Positions 1-15,971 of a DNA stretch of 64,000 bases are shown in pieces. The stretch lies in the NCBI RefSeq assembly GCF_044324785.1, contig NZ_CP172127.1; one strand, given 5' to 3'. Each line of letters opens with the position of its first letter. The stretch's first letter is position 1. This DNA comes from Escherichia coli. GTDB lineage: Bacteria; Pseudomonadota; Gammaproteobacteria; Enterobacterales; Enterobacteriaceae. The position numbers were made by a program, and so were the translations under genes. The notes under the pieces were generated by a model. It saw only the letters and a list, made by a program, of their open reading frames with translations, was not told the origin of the DNA and searched no databases.

Positions 1-1
1 A

Positions 2-682
2 ACGCGCGAGCAACGCTGGAAATACCTTTCCACTGCCAAACTAAAAGCCGCGCCGGGCAGCCAGGCCGCGTACTCCAACCTCGCATTCGATCTGCTGGCA
101 GATGCACTGGCGAATGCGTCCGGCAAGCCTTATACCCAGTTGTTTGAAGAGCAGATTACCCGTCCATTGGGGATGAAAGACACCACCTACACCCCCTCGC
201 CGGATCAGTGCCGCCGTTTAATGGTTGCTGAGCGCGGTGCCAGTCCGTGCAATAACACGCTGGCGGCAATTGGCAGCGGCGGAGTCTATTCCACGCCTGG
301 CGATATGATGCGCTGGATGCAGCAGTATTTGTCATCTGATTTTTATCAGCGCAGTAACCAGGCAGATCGCATGCAGACGTTGATTTATCAGCGAGCGCAG
401 TTTACAAAAGTGATTGGCATGGATGTCCCCGGCAAAGCGGATGCGCTTGGTTTAGGCTGGGTATATATGGCCCCGAAAGAGGGTCGTCCAGGGATTATTC
501 AGAAGACAGGTGGTGGTGGCGGTTTCATTACCTATATGGCGATGATCCCGCAGAAGAACATTGGCGCATTTGTGGTGGTCACTCGTTCGCCATTGACGCG
601 CTTTAAAAATATGAGCGATGGCATCAATGACCTGGTGACCGAACTGAGCGGGAATAAACCGTTGGTCATCCCCGCGTCCTGA
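2..682 (+). CDS. ampH: Penicillin-binding protein AmpH, C-terminal part (5' end lies outside the window)
   Basis: Open frame runs from the window edge to TGA at 680-682; position relative to yaiV/yaiT matches K-12 synteny. Identity rests mainly on synteny. Confidence 0.7.
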   Translation, partial: TREQRWKYLSTAKLKAAPGSQAAYSNLAFDLLADALANASGKPYTQLFEEQITRPLGMKDTTYTPSPDQCRRLMVAERGASPCNNTLAAIGSGGVYSTPGDMMRWMQQYLSSDFYQRSNQADRMQTLIYQRAQFTKVIGMDVPGKADALGLGWVYMAPKEGRPGIIQKTGGGGGFITYMAMIPQKNIGAFVVVTRSPLTRFKNMSDGINDLVTELSGNKPLVIPAS

Positions 683-1365
<683 letters not shown>

Positions 1366-1379
1366 AACCTATTTCTTCA

Positions 1380-4301
<2,922 letters not shown>

Positions 4302-4452
4302 TTGTCATCCCTCCTCAGGGACGTAATAAGTTGATCCATCAATTATCAATGCATAGAAAACATATTATGTTTCGCGTTGACGATTATGCGGCGTTATAGA
4401 GGAATGGTTCAATTATTCTTTCCCCTAAGTCCGATTGCGGACATATATAAAG

Positions 4453-5647
<1,195 letters not shown>

Positions 5648-6025
5648 AAAGCACGTGAACACACACACAGAAAGAAATAACAAAAACACAATATTTCAAT
5701 ACGTTAATGAAAGCGTTAATTTTAAAACATAGACCATGAAAATATAAAACAACCATAACAGACAAATAATGTATCAATAAGCAATGAACTTTAAGTTATT
5801 CACTTTTTGAAAACGTCACCAAATCCCCAAAAACAATAATCTATGGCTATAAATAAAAATTAAAAATATTTTCAATGAATATAAATTTATTGCTATTTCT
5901 ATTACAAAGATGTCCTGGCCTCTCTTTCATTCTCTTCTTGTCAACATCGCGACAACTTTCGTAAAACATCCCCACCCTGCTTCAGGTATACTATGCCCCT
6001 CGATTCCACAAACATCAGGCAGACC

Positions 6026-7000
6026 ATGACAGACTTAATCCAACGCCCTCGTCGCCTGCGCAAATCTCCTGCGCTGCGCGCTATGTTTGAAGAGACAACA
6101 CTTAGCCTTAACGACCTGGTGTTGCCGATCTTTGTTGAAGAAGAAATTGACGACTACAAAGCCGTTGAAGCCATGCCAGGCGTGATGCGCATTCCTGAGA
6201 AACATCTGGCACGCGAAATTGAACGCATCGCCAACGCCGGTATTCGTTCCGTGATGACTTTCGGCATCTCTCACCATACCGATGAAACCGGCAGCGACGC
6301 CTGGCGGGAAGATGGACTGGTGGCGCGTATGTCGCGCATCTGCAAGCAGACTGTGCCAGAAATGATCGTCATGTCAGACACTTGTTTCTGTGAATACACT
6401 TCTCACGGTCACTGCGGTGTGCTGTGCGAGCATGGCGTCGACAACGACGCGACTCTGGAAAATTTAGGCAAGCAAGCCGTGGTTGCAGCTGCTGCAGGCG
6501 CAGACTTCATCGCCCCTTCCGCCGCGATGGACGGCCAGGTACAGGCAATTCGCCAGGCGCTGGACGCTGCGGGCTTTAAAGACACGGCGATTATGTCGTA
6601 TTCGACCAAGTTCGCCTCCTCCTTTTATGGCCCGTTCCGTGAAGCTGCCGGCAGCGCATTAAAAGGCGACCGCAAAAGCTATCAGATGAACCCAATGAAC
6701 CGTCGTGAGGCGATTCGTGAGTCACTGCTGGATGAAGCCCAGGGCGCAGACTGCCTGATGGTTAAACCTGCTGGAGCGTACCTCGACATCGTGCGTGAGC
6801 TGCGTGAACGTACTGAATTGCCGATTGGCGCGTATCAGGTGAGCGGTGAGTACGCGATGATTAAGTTCGCCGCGCTGGCGGGTGCTATAGATGAAGAGAA
6901 AGTCGTGCTCGAAAGCTTAGGTTCGATTAAGCGTGCGGGTGCGGATCTGATTTTCAGCTACTTTGCGCTGGATTTGGCTGAGAAGAAGATTCTGCGTTAA
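6026..7000 (+). CDS. hemB: Porphobilinogen synthase (delta-aminolevulinate dehydratase), 324 aa
   Basis: Protein [27 protein letters not shown]… recognised as HemB. Start placed at ATG 6026 rather than the ORF-track start 5993, giving 324 aa. Confidence 0.9.
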
Positions 7001-7008
7001 TGTTCATT

Positions 7009-7032
7009 ATGCCGGGTTATCCAACCCGGCAT
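7009..7032. terminator. Hairpin between convergent hemB and tauD (possible bidirectional terminator)
   Basis: Perfect inverted repeat ATGCCGGGTT / AACCCGGCAT with 4-nt loop, followed by TTCCCCC; no clean U-tract. Confidence 0.4.
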
Positions 7033-7039
7033 TTCCCCC

Positions 7040-7891
7040 TTACCCCGCCCGATAAAACGGTTTATCCCCAAGGATCGTCGCCCGATGCATTATCCGCCGC
7101 TGTGGCAGGTAATCCGCATTGGCATAGTGCTGGGTTACGCGGTTATCCCAAATCGCAATATCATTTGGTTGCCAGCGCCAGCGCACCTGAAACTCCGGTT
7201 TGGTGATGTGGGCAAACAAAAAACCTAACAAGGCTTCGCTCTCTTTCTCGCTGACATCAACAATTCGCGTGGTAAAGCCTTCATTCACAAACAGCGCCTG
7301 TTTACCGCTCACCGGATGCGTTCGCACCACCGGATGTAGCAACGGCGGATTTTTCGCGACCGCCTCGCGCCAGCGTTGATGCTCCTCCTCCGTTTTGCGG
7401 TATTTGTATTCCGGGAACGATTTACGGAAATCATGCTCCGCACGCAGCCCGCTCAACAGCTGGCGGAAGGGAACAGAGAGCGCCTCATAGGCCGCAATGC
7501 CGCTGGTCCAGAGCGTATCGCCGCCGGTTGAGGGTAACTCTTTCGCCGCCAGAATCGCCCCAGCAGGAGGCGTTTCAATAAATGTCACATCGGTATGCCA
7601 GTTGTCGTTATCCGGCGGATTATCGTTATGAGTATCCAGTACGATAATCTCGTCAACCCCTTCGGCATGAGGGTAAACAGGATGAATATGCAGTTCGCCA
7701 AAACGTTGGGCCAGCGCGCGTTGCTGCTGCGGCGTAATGGCCTGTTCACGCAGAAACACCACCTGATGGCGCAGTACCGCATGGTAAAGCTGTTCAAACT
7801 GGTTATCACTTAACGGGCGCGTCAGGTCAGCACCCGTAATTTGTGCGCCAATATACGGCCCCAGCGGGGTAATGCTCAGACGTTCACTCAT
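7040..7891 (-). CDS. tauD: Taurine dioxygenase (alpha-ketoglutarate dependent), 283 aa
   Basis: Recognised by sequence; last gene of the tauABCD operon. Confidence 0.9.
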   Translation of the reverse strand: MSERLSITPLGPYIGAQITGADLTRPLSDNQFEQLYHAVLRHQVVFLREQAITPQQQRALAQRFGELHIHPVYPHAEGVDEIIVLDTHNDNPPDNDNWHTDVTFIETPPAGAILAAKELPSTGGDTLWTSGIAAYEALSVPFRQLLSGLRAEHDFRKSFPEYKYRKTEEEHQRWREAVAKNPPLLHPVVRTHPVSGKQALFVNEGFTTRIVDVSEKESEALLGFLFAHITKPEFQVRWRWQPNDIAIWDNRVTQHYANADYLPQRRIMHRATILGDKPFYRAG

Positions 7892-8715
7892 TGTACTTCT
7901 CCATGCCAGGGCGTCAGGCGGCGCTGTAACGCGCGCAGACCCAGTTCTAAAAGAAAGGCGATAATCGCAATCACCGCGATCCCCGCCAGCACCACGTCAG
8001 TCGCGAGAAATTCACCCGCTGACTGAACCATAAATCCTAAACCGCGCGTCGCGGCAATCAGCTCCGCCGCCACCAGCGTAGACCAGCCCACACCCAGACC
8101 AATACGTAATCCGGTGAGGATTTCCGGCAGCGCGCCGGGCAAAATGACAAACCACAGCACCTGCGCACGGCTGGCACCCAGAGACTGGGCGGCACGAATG
8201 CGAACCTGCTGCGCGCTTTTCACCCCCGCCAGCGCCGACATCGCCACCGGTGCAAAAATCGCTAAATAGATCAGTAAGATCTTCGAGGTTTCGCCAATAC
8301 CAAACCAGATCACCATCAGCGGCAAATAAGCCAGCGGCGGCACCGGACGATAAAGCTCGATTATCGGATCCAGAATGCCGCGCACCGTCGGGCTTAGCCC
8401 CATGGCGATCCCGACCGGAATACCGATCAACACCGCCGCGAGTAGCGCCAGCAAAATGCGCGTCAGGCTGGCGGCCAGATGCTGCCACAAGGTGGCGTCC
8501 ATAAATCCTTGAGGTCCGGCAATAGTAAGCAGTTTTGCCAGTACCTGTTGCGGCGGCGGTAAAAACAGCGGGCTAATCAGTTGCAGCGCCGCCACTGCCC
8601 ACCATACAGTGAGTAAAATCGCTAACGTGCCAATGCTTAAGGTCACCTGACGCGAGAGCGGCCAGCGCCATTTCAGCCGACGCGAATGCAGTTTTTCATT
8701 GATGAGCACACTCAT
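7888..8715 (-). CDS. tauC: Taurine ABC transporter permease, 275 aa
   Basis: Polytopic membrane protein; 4-bp overlap with tauD and tauB typical of the tau operon. Confidence 0.9.
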   Translation of the reverse strand: MSVLINEKLHSRRLKWRWPLSRQVTLSIGTLAILLTVWWAVAALQLISPLFLPPPQQVLAKLLTIAGPQGFMDATLWQHLAASLTRILLALLAAVLIGIPVGIAMGLSPTVRGILDPIIELYRPVPPLAYLPLMVIWFGIGETSKILLIYLAIFAPVAMSALAGVKSAQQVRIRAAQSLGASRAQVLWFVILPGALPEILTGLRIGLGVGWSTLVAAELIAATRGLGFMVQSAGEFLATDVVLAGIAVIAIIAFLLELGLRALQRRLTPWHGEVQ

Positions 8716-9479
8716 GAGAATGCCTCCCGTTGCTCAAATACGCGGCTTAAAACATATTCGCGCATGGCGATGAATTGTGGATCGGACTTGATGCTGCGGC
8801 TCGGTTCCCCGGCAACAAAGCGGCGGGCGAAGTTGAGCGGCAGCCGCTCCAGCACACGGCCAGGGCCGGGTGAAAGCAGAACCAGTTCGGTTGCCATAAA
8901 CACCGCTTCTTCTATATCGTGGGTAATCAACAGCACCTGCTTACCTGTCTCCTGCCAGAGTTTCAGCAGCAGAGTTTGCATCTGGTCGCGGGTGAAGGCG
9001 TCCAGCGCACCAAACGGTTCGTCGAGTAATAACAGCTGGGGATTCGCCGCCAGCGCGCGGGCAATCCCCACCCGCTGACGTTGACCGCCGGAAAGCTGCC
9101 AGATGTAGCGTTTTTCTGCCCCTTCCAGCCCCACTTTTTTCAGCATATGGTGCGCGATTTCCAGTCGCTGCATTTTCTCAACACCTGCCAGTTGCAGGCC
9201 GAACGCCACGTTGTCCCGTACATTGCGCCACGGTAGCAGCCCTTCATTCTGAAAAACTACGCCACGCTCTGCTCCCGGCCCCTCAATGCGTTTGCCCGCC
9301 AGTTGAATACTGCCGTGCTGATAAGGCACAAAACCGGCAATCAGATTCAGCAGGGTGGTTTTACCGCAGCCGGACGGCCCCAGCACCACCAGTAGCTCGC
9401 CGCTTTCCAGCGTCAGGTTGATATCTTCCAGCGCCGGTTTGCCGCCATAATCGGCATAGAGATGAGAGATTTGCAGCAT
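8712..9479 (-). CDS. tauB: Taurine ABC transporter ATP-binding protein, 255 aa
   Basis: Walker [10 protein letters not shown] and ABC signature LSGGQRQRV visible. Confidence 0.9.
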   Translation of the reverse strand: MLQISHLYADYGGKPALEDINLTLESGELLVVLGPSGCGKTTLLNLIAGFVPYQHGSIQLAGKRIEGPGAERGVVFQNEGLLPWRNVRDNVAFGLQLAGVEKMQRLEIAHHMLKKVGLEGAEKRYIWQLSGGQRQRVGIARALAANPQLLLLDEPFGALDAFTRDQMQTLLLKLWQETGKQVLLITHDIEEAVFMATELVLLSPGPGRVLERLPLNFARRFVAGEPSRSIKSDPQFIAMREYVLSRVFEQREAFS

Positions 9480-9491
9480 CTGCGCCTCCTT

Positions 9492-10454
9492 TTATTGCAC
9501 GAAGCGCGAGGTAACGTACTGGCTGTAATCGTTCGCTACAGCCGGGACTTTGCCCTGCTCTTTCAAAAACTGCGCGGTGTCGATGATCGCTTTGTTCACC
9601 GGTCCGATCAGTTCTGCCGTTTGCTGCTGCGGCGTCAGATAGGTATTCCCCTTCACCAGCCCCGGAACGTCACCTTCAGGCACGCCGCTTAACCGCGCCA
9701 GTTTGCTGATGTTTTCAGGCTGTTTCAGCCACGCGTCTGGGTTAGCAATGTACGGTTGCTGAGCATCGATGGCGCTTTTGGCGAACGCTTTCACGACCTC
9801 TGGATGTTTCTCGGCAAAATCTTTGCGCACCACCCAGACGTCCAGTGTCGGCGCGCCCCACAGCCCGACCTGTTCAGAATCGGTCAGCACCTTGCCGTCT
9901 TTTTCCAGGGCGTTAACCGCCGGTGCCCAGACATAAGCACCATCAATGTCTCCCCGTTGCCATGCGGCGATAATCGCGGGTGGCTGCAGGTTCACTATCT
10001 CCACTTGTCCGGGTTTTATACCCCAGTGTTTCAGCGCCGCCAGCAGGCTGTAGTGGGTGGTGGAGATAAACGGTACGGCGATGCGTTTGCCAATCAGATC
10101 TTCCGGTTTGCTGATAGTTTTCTTTACCACCAGCGCTTCGGAGTTACCCAGTTTTGACGCCAGCAAGAAGACTTCAATCGGCACCTGTTGGCTGGCTGCA
10201 ACCGCTAATGGGCTGGAACCGAGGTTGCCGATTTGCACGTCGCCTGAAGCCAGCGCCCGCACGATGCTGGCTCCGCTGTCAAACTTACGCCAGTCAACGC
10301 TCGCCCCACTCTCTTTAGCAAAGGTGTTATCAGCCTGAGCCACTTTCGCCGGTTCAGCGGAGGTTTGATAGGCCACGGTGACGTTCACCGCCTGTGCCTG
10401 AAAAGCGATGAATGCCAGTGCGGCAAGAAGTGTGTTACGCGATGAAATTGCCAT
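9492..10454 (-). CDS. tauA: Taurine ABC transporter periplasmic binding protein, 320 aa
   Basis: Start placed at ATG 10454 (MAISSRNTLLAALAFIAFQAQA signal peptide); the ORF-track start 10511 is an upstream extension. Confidence 0.85.
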   Translation of the reverse strand: MAISSRNTLLAALAFIAFQAQAVNVTVAYQTSAEPAKVAQADNTFAKESGASVDWRKFDSGASIVRALASGDVQIGNLGSSPLAVAASQQVPIEVFLLASKLGNSEALVVKKTISKPEDLIGKRIAVPFISTTHYSLLAALKHWGIKPGQVEIVNLQPPAIIAAWQRGDIDGAYVWAPAVNALEKDGKVLTDSEQVGLWGAPTLDVWVVRKDFAEKHPEVVKAFAKSAIDAQQPYIANPDAWLKQPENISKLARLSGVPEGDVPGLVKGNTYLTPQQQTAELIGPVNKAIIDTAQFLKEQGKVPAVANDYSQYVTSRFVQ

Positions 10455-11060
10455 GATTGTCTGCTCCCCTGTCTTGTTATAGGAGCAGTATTCAGGAATA
10501 AAAACATTCATTAAAAGAATTAGTCGTTATCGCACAGATGATTTTATTCTTAGCAAAAAAGCGGCAAAGGAAAGATTAAATATGCAATTACACCCACTCT
10601 GACAATTCAGTAAGTTACTGCACTTCATTTTATTAATGCATAAACAAGCAGATTATAATGTCTTTTATTTTATTAACAGCAATACATATAATGAAACCAT
10701 CATATTCACATCGCATATATAACTGTGTCATTCTCAATCAACCACATAATATATTCACATCATGTATATAATCCATATTTGCGCATAGAACATATTTTTA
10801 AATGTAATTAATTGACAAACTAAATCACATCTAAATACAATATATAAAACAAAATAACTATACAAACCAAACACACAAACACTTAACATATGAACTACAT
10901 AAAAGATTACGCAGTCGTATCCACGTACCTGAAAGCCCCTTATTTTTCAGCTATCAGTAATTTTTAACACTTAAATATTAGCATCTATCTGCGCCAGAGA
11001 TTACGTCTCTGCGGGCATCGTTGTGCTTGTAGTATAATAAATAAAATGGAGTGTCATTAA

Positions 11061-11732
11061 GTGGATAAGGTTTTAGATTCAGCCATCCTTTCTTCAGCAA
11101 ATAAAAGAAAGGGTATCCTTGCTATTGGCGCACATCCTGACGATATAGAATTGGGCTGTGGCGCGTCGCTCGCTCGTCTTGCAAAAAAAGGGTTCTATAT
11201 TGCAGCGGTAGTGATGACATCGGGTAATTCCGGCGTGAGTGAAATAATTAATCGACATCAGGAATCACTCGAAGCATTAAACATTTTGGGGTGTCAACAA
11301 ACTATTCATTTTAATTTTGCTGACACCCGTACTCATTTACAACTTAATGATATGATTTCCGCTCTGGAAGATGTCCTTAAAAAACAAATTCCGTCTGATG
11401 TAGAAATCATTCGTGTATACACCATGCATGATGCTGACCGCCATCAGGATCATCTTGCAGTCTATCAAGCCTCAATGGTTGCCTGTCGCGCTATTCCGCA
11501 AATTCTCGGCTATGAAACGCCAAGTACCTGGCTTTCATTTATGCCACAGGTTTTTGAATCCGTGGAAGAGGAATATTTCACCATTAAACTGGCTGCATTA
11601 AAACAGCATAAGAGCCAGGGCCATCGTGATTATATGCGCCCGGATCGCCTGCGTGCAGTTGCACAATTTCGCGGGCAACAGGTCAATAGCGATCTGGGTG
11701 AAGGCTTTGTAATTCATAAAATGATTCTTTGA
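11061..11732 (+). CDS. yaiS: LmbE/PIG-L-family putative N-acetylglucosaminyl deacetylase, 223 aa
   Basis: Motif AIGAHPDDIELGCG near N-terminus; GTG start at 11061 is the only in-frame start before the domain; TATAAT at 11033-11038 and GGAG at 11047-11050 upstream. Confidence 0.75.
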   Translation: MDKVLDSAILSSANKRKGILAIGAHPDDIELGCGASLARLAKKGFYIAAVVMTSGNSGVSEIINRHQESLEALNILGCQQTIHFNFADTRTHLQLNDMISALEDVLKKQIPSDVEIIRVYTMHDADRHQDHLAVYQASMVACRAIPQILGYETPSTWLSFMPQVFESVEEEYFTIKLAALKQHKSQGHRDYMRPDRLRAVAQFRGQQVNSDLGEGFVIHKMIL

Positions 11733-11741
11733 GCAAATTGC

Positions 11742-12938
11742 ATGAAAACCTGGATATTTATCTGTATGTCCATAGCAATGTTGCTATGGTTTTTAAGTAC
11801 GCTAAAACGTAAACCCAGTCAAAAGAAAGGCTGTATTGACGCCATTATACCTGCGTATAACGAAGGCCCGTGTCTGGCACAGTCACTGGATAATCTGCTG
11901 CGTAACCCTTATTTTTGCCGGGTAATTTGCGTAAACGACGGCTCCACGGACAATACCGAATCGGTCATGGAGGAAGTCAAACGCAAATGGGGCGACCGCT
12001 TTGTTGCCGTCACGCAAAAAAATACCGGTAAAGGTGGTGCGCTGATGAATGGCCTCAATTACGCCACCTGCGACCAGGTTTTTTTAAGTGATGCCGACAC
12101 CTATGTTCCGCCCGATCAAGACGGAATGGGCTATATGCTGGCAGAAATTGAGCGCGGTGCCGATGCCGTAGGCGGCATTCCCTCTACTGCGTTGAAAGGC
12201 GCGGGTCTGTTACCACACATCCGCGCGACCGTAAAGTTGCCGATGATTGTTATGAAGCGCACGCTACAGCAGCTCGTGGGCGGCGCACCGTTTATTATCA
12301 GCGGTGCCTGCGGGATGTTCCGTACTGATGTATTGCGTAAGTTCGGTTTCTCGGATCGTACTAAAGTCGAAGACCTTGATCTCACCTGGACATTGGTGGC
12401 AAACGGCTACCGTATTCGGCAGGCGAATCGCTGCATCGTATACCCGCAGGAATGCAACAGCCCGCGTGAGGAGTGGCGTCGCTGGCGGCGTTGGATTGTG
12501 GGCTACGCGGTCTGTATGCGCCTGCATAAAAGACTTTTATTTAGCCGCTTCGGTATCTTCAGTATATTTCCTATGCTGTTGGTTGTGCTTTATGGCGTTG
12601 GGATTTATCTCACTACCTGGTTTAATGAATTCATCACCACCGGGCCGCATGGTGTGGTGTTGGCAATGTTTCCGCTTATCTGGGTCGGCGTAGTTTGTGT
12701 TATTGGTGCTTTTAGCGCCTGGTTTCATCGTTGCTGGTTGTTGGTGCCTTTAGCGCCGCTTTCCGTTGTGTATGTATTATTAGCTTATGCCATCTGGATT
12801 ATTTATGGACTTATTGCCTTTTTTACTGGACGCGAACCTCAGCGCGACAAACCCACCCGCTATTCCGCACTGGTGGAAGCGTCAACCGCTTATTCCCAAC
12901 CTTCTGCTACAGGAACTGAAAAACTATCTGAAGCTTAA
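11742..12938 (+). CDS. yaiP: Family-2 glycosyltransferase with N-terminal TM helix and C-terminal multi-TM region, 398 aa
   Basis: GT2 motifs NDGSTDNT and SDADTYV; WRRWRRW segment resembling the QxxRW motif of processive synthases; hydrophobic C-terminal third. Confidence 0.8.
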   Translation: MKTWIFICMSIAMLLWFLSTLKRKPSQKKGCIDAIIPAYNEGPCLAQSLDNLLRNPYFCRVICVNDGSTDNTESVMEEVKRKWGDRFVAVTQKNTGKGGALMNGLNYATCDQVFLSDADTYVPPDQDGMGYMLAEIERGADAVGGIPSTALKGAGLLPHIRATVKLPMIVMKRTLQQLVGGAPFIISGACGMFRTDVLRKFGFSDRTKVEDLDLTWTLVANGYRIRQANRCIVYPQECNSPREEWRRWRRWIVGYAVCMRLHKRLLFSRFGIFSIFPMLLVVLYGVGIYLTTWFNEFITTGPHGVVLAMFPLIWVGVVCVIGAFSAWFHRCWLLVPLAPLSVVYVLLAYAIWIIYGLIAFFTGREPQRDKPTRYSALVEASTAYSQPSATGTEKLSEA

Positions 12939-13497
12939 TGTTAAAGAGAAAAACATTCAGATTGCAGACCAGGTAATTATTGATGAAACTGCAGGTGAAG
13001 TTGTTATCGGCGCGAATACCCGTATTTGTCATGGTGCCGTTATTCAGGGTCCGGTAGTGATTGGCGCAAACTGCCTGATAGGTAATTATGCGTTTATTCG
13101 TCCTGACACAATAATCAGCAATGGCGTAAAAATTGGTTTTGCCACCGAAATTAAAAATGCGGTTATTGAAGCGGAATCAACGATTGGTCCGCAATGTTTT
13201 ATTGCTGACTCGGTAGTTGCAAACCAGGCATATTTGGGCGCACAAGTACGTACCAGTAATCATCGTCTGGATGAACAGCCTGTGTCTGTTCGAACTCCAG
13301 AGGGAATTATCGCTACCGGATGCGATAAATTAGGTTGTTATATCGGGCAGCATTCACGCCTTGGCGTACAAGTTATTATTTTGCCCGGGCGAATTATTTC
13401 CCCGAACACGCAACTTGGCCCACGCGTGATTGTAGAACGTAATTTACCTCCCGGAACTTATTCACTCCGACAAGAACTTATCCGTACAGGAGATTAA
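12787..13497 (+). CDS. yaiX: Hexapeptide-repeat (left-handed beta-helix) acyltransferase-like protein, up to 236 aa
   Basis: Repeated [LIV]-G-x4 hexapeptides (VIGANTRICHGAVIQGPVVIGANCLIGNYAFI…). Start uncertain: the only candidate starts (ATG 12787, ATG 12805, TTG 12814) all lie inside the yaiP 3' end in another frame. Confidence 0.65.
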   Translation: MPSGLFMDLLPFLLDANLSATNPPAIPHWWKRQPLIPNLLLQELKNYLKLNVKEKNIQIADQVIIDETAGEVVIGANTRICHGAVIQGPVVIGANCLIGNYAFIRPDTIISNGVKIGFATEIKNAVIEAESTIGPQCFIADSVVANQAYLGAQVRTSNHRLDEQPVSVRTPEGIIATGCDKLGCYIGQHSRLGVQVIILPGRIISPNTQLGPRVIVERNLPPGTYSLRQELIRTGD

Positions 13498-13498
13498 A

Positions 13499-14272
13499 AT
13501 GATAAAACGGACGTTATTAGCGGCGGTCATTTTTAGCGCATTGCCCGCTTATGCCGGGTTAACTTCCATTACCGCGGGCTACGATTTCACCGATTATTCT
13601 GGCGATCATGGCAACCGTAATTTAGCGTATGCTGAACTGGTGGCGAAAGTTGAAAACGCAACGCTGCTTTTTAATCTTTCCCAGGGGCGTCGTGATTATG
13701 AAACTGAACATTTCAATGCCACTCGCGGTCAGGGTGCGGTCTGGTATAAATGGAATAACTGGCTGACAACCCGAACGGGTATTGCCTTTGCGGATAATAC
13801 GCCGGTCTTTGCCCGCCAGGATTTTCGTCAGGATATTAACCTGGCACTGTTGCCAAAAACGCTTTTCACGACCGGTTATCGCTACACGAAATATTACGAT
13901 GATGTCGAAGTCGATGCCTGGCAAGGCGGCGTATCACTCTATACTGGCCCGGTGATCACCAGCTATCGCTATACCCATTATGACTCCAGCGATGCAGGTG
14001 GTAGTTACAGCAATATGATTTCCGTGCGTCTGAATGACCCCCGCGGCACTGGTTATACTCAACTATGGCTAAGCCGCGGCACAGGTGCTTACACCTATGA
14101 CTGGACGCCAGAAACACGCTACGGCAGCATGAAGAGCGTCAGTTTGCAACGTATTCAACCGCTGACTGAGCAACTTAATCTCGGGCTGACGGCAGGTAAA
14201 GTGTGGTACGACACCCCAACCGATGATTATAACGGTCTGCAACTTGCAGCCCATCTGACCTGGAAATTCTGA
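13499..14272 (+). CDS. yaiO: Outer-membrane beta-barrel protein YaiO, 257 aa
   Basis: Signal peptide MIKRTLLAAVIFSALPAYA, C-terminal …LTWKF; AGGAG RBS 7 bp upstream; start 1 bp after yaiX stop. Confidence 0.85.
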   Translation: MIKRTLLAAVIFSALPAYAGLTSITAGYDFTDYSGDHGNRNLAYAELVAKVENATLLFNLSQGRRDYETEHFNATRGQGAVWYKWNNWLTTRTGIAFADNTPVFARQDFRQDINLALLPKTLFTTGYRYTKYYDDVEVDAWQGGVSLYTGPVITSYRYTHYDSSDAGGSYSNMISVRLNDPRGTGYTQLWLSRGTGAYTYDWTPETRYGSMKSVSLQRIQPLTEQLNLGLTAGKVWYDTPTDDYNGLQLAAHLTWKF

Positions 14273-14384
14273 TTCCTTCTGCCGCCCGCTATCCGGGGCG
14301 GCCTTCCCTGCCGATTAGCCCCACCACCTTTCCTCTTTGTTTTCCGACCACATTCACCGGATAAATTTTATTCTCCAGTGTTAT

Positions 14385-14433
14385 ATACTATAGGGGGGTA
14401 TGCATTGACATATAGAATACCCCCCCTATAGTA
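14385..14433 (+). promoter_or_regulatory. frmR promoter and operator: perfect 16-bp inverted repeat with G6/C6 tracts around the -35/-10
   Basis: ATACTATAGGGGGGTA (14385-14400) and TACCCCCCTATAGTAT (14418-14433) are exact reverse complements; TTGACA at 14405-14410 and TATAGT at 14427-14432 lie between/within them. Confidence 0.75.
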
Positions 14434-14460
14434 TATTGCATGCAGATGATGAGGTGCGAA

Positions 14461-14736
14461 ATGCCCAGTACTCCGGAAGAGAAGAAAAAGGTCCTTACTC
14501 GAGTTCGTCGTATTCGGGGGCAGATTGATGCTCTGGAACGGTCGCTGGAGGGTGATGCCGAATGCCGTGCCATACTCCAACAGATCGCTGCCGTTCGGGG
14601 CGCGGCTAACGGGCTGATGGCAGAAGTGCTTGAAAGCCATATCCGGGAAACGTTTGACCGAAATGACTGCTACAGCCGCGAAGTCAGCCAATCCGTTGAC
14701 GACACTATTGAACTGGTTCGTGCCTATCTTAAATAG
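14461..14736 (+). CDS. frmR: Formaldehyde-responsive repressor FrmR (CsoR/RcnR family), 91 aa
   Basis: Protein [30 protein letters not shown]…; RBS GAGGTG 5 bp upstream of ATG 14461. Confidence 0.9.
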
Positions 14737-14740
14737 CTGA

Positions 14741-15880
<1,140 letters not shown>

Positions 15881-15971
15881 TTTCCCGCAGGTTTACCCGT
15901 CCAGTTCAGACGGGGTTCTTAATACTCTCCCCGGGCAGCCGTCCGGGGGATTAACCGTGAGATAATGACTG

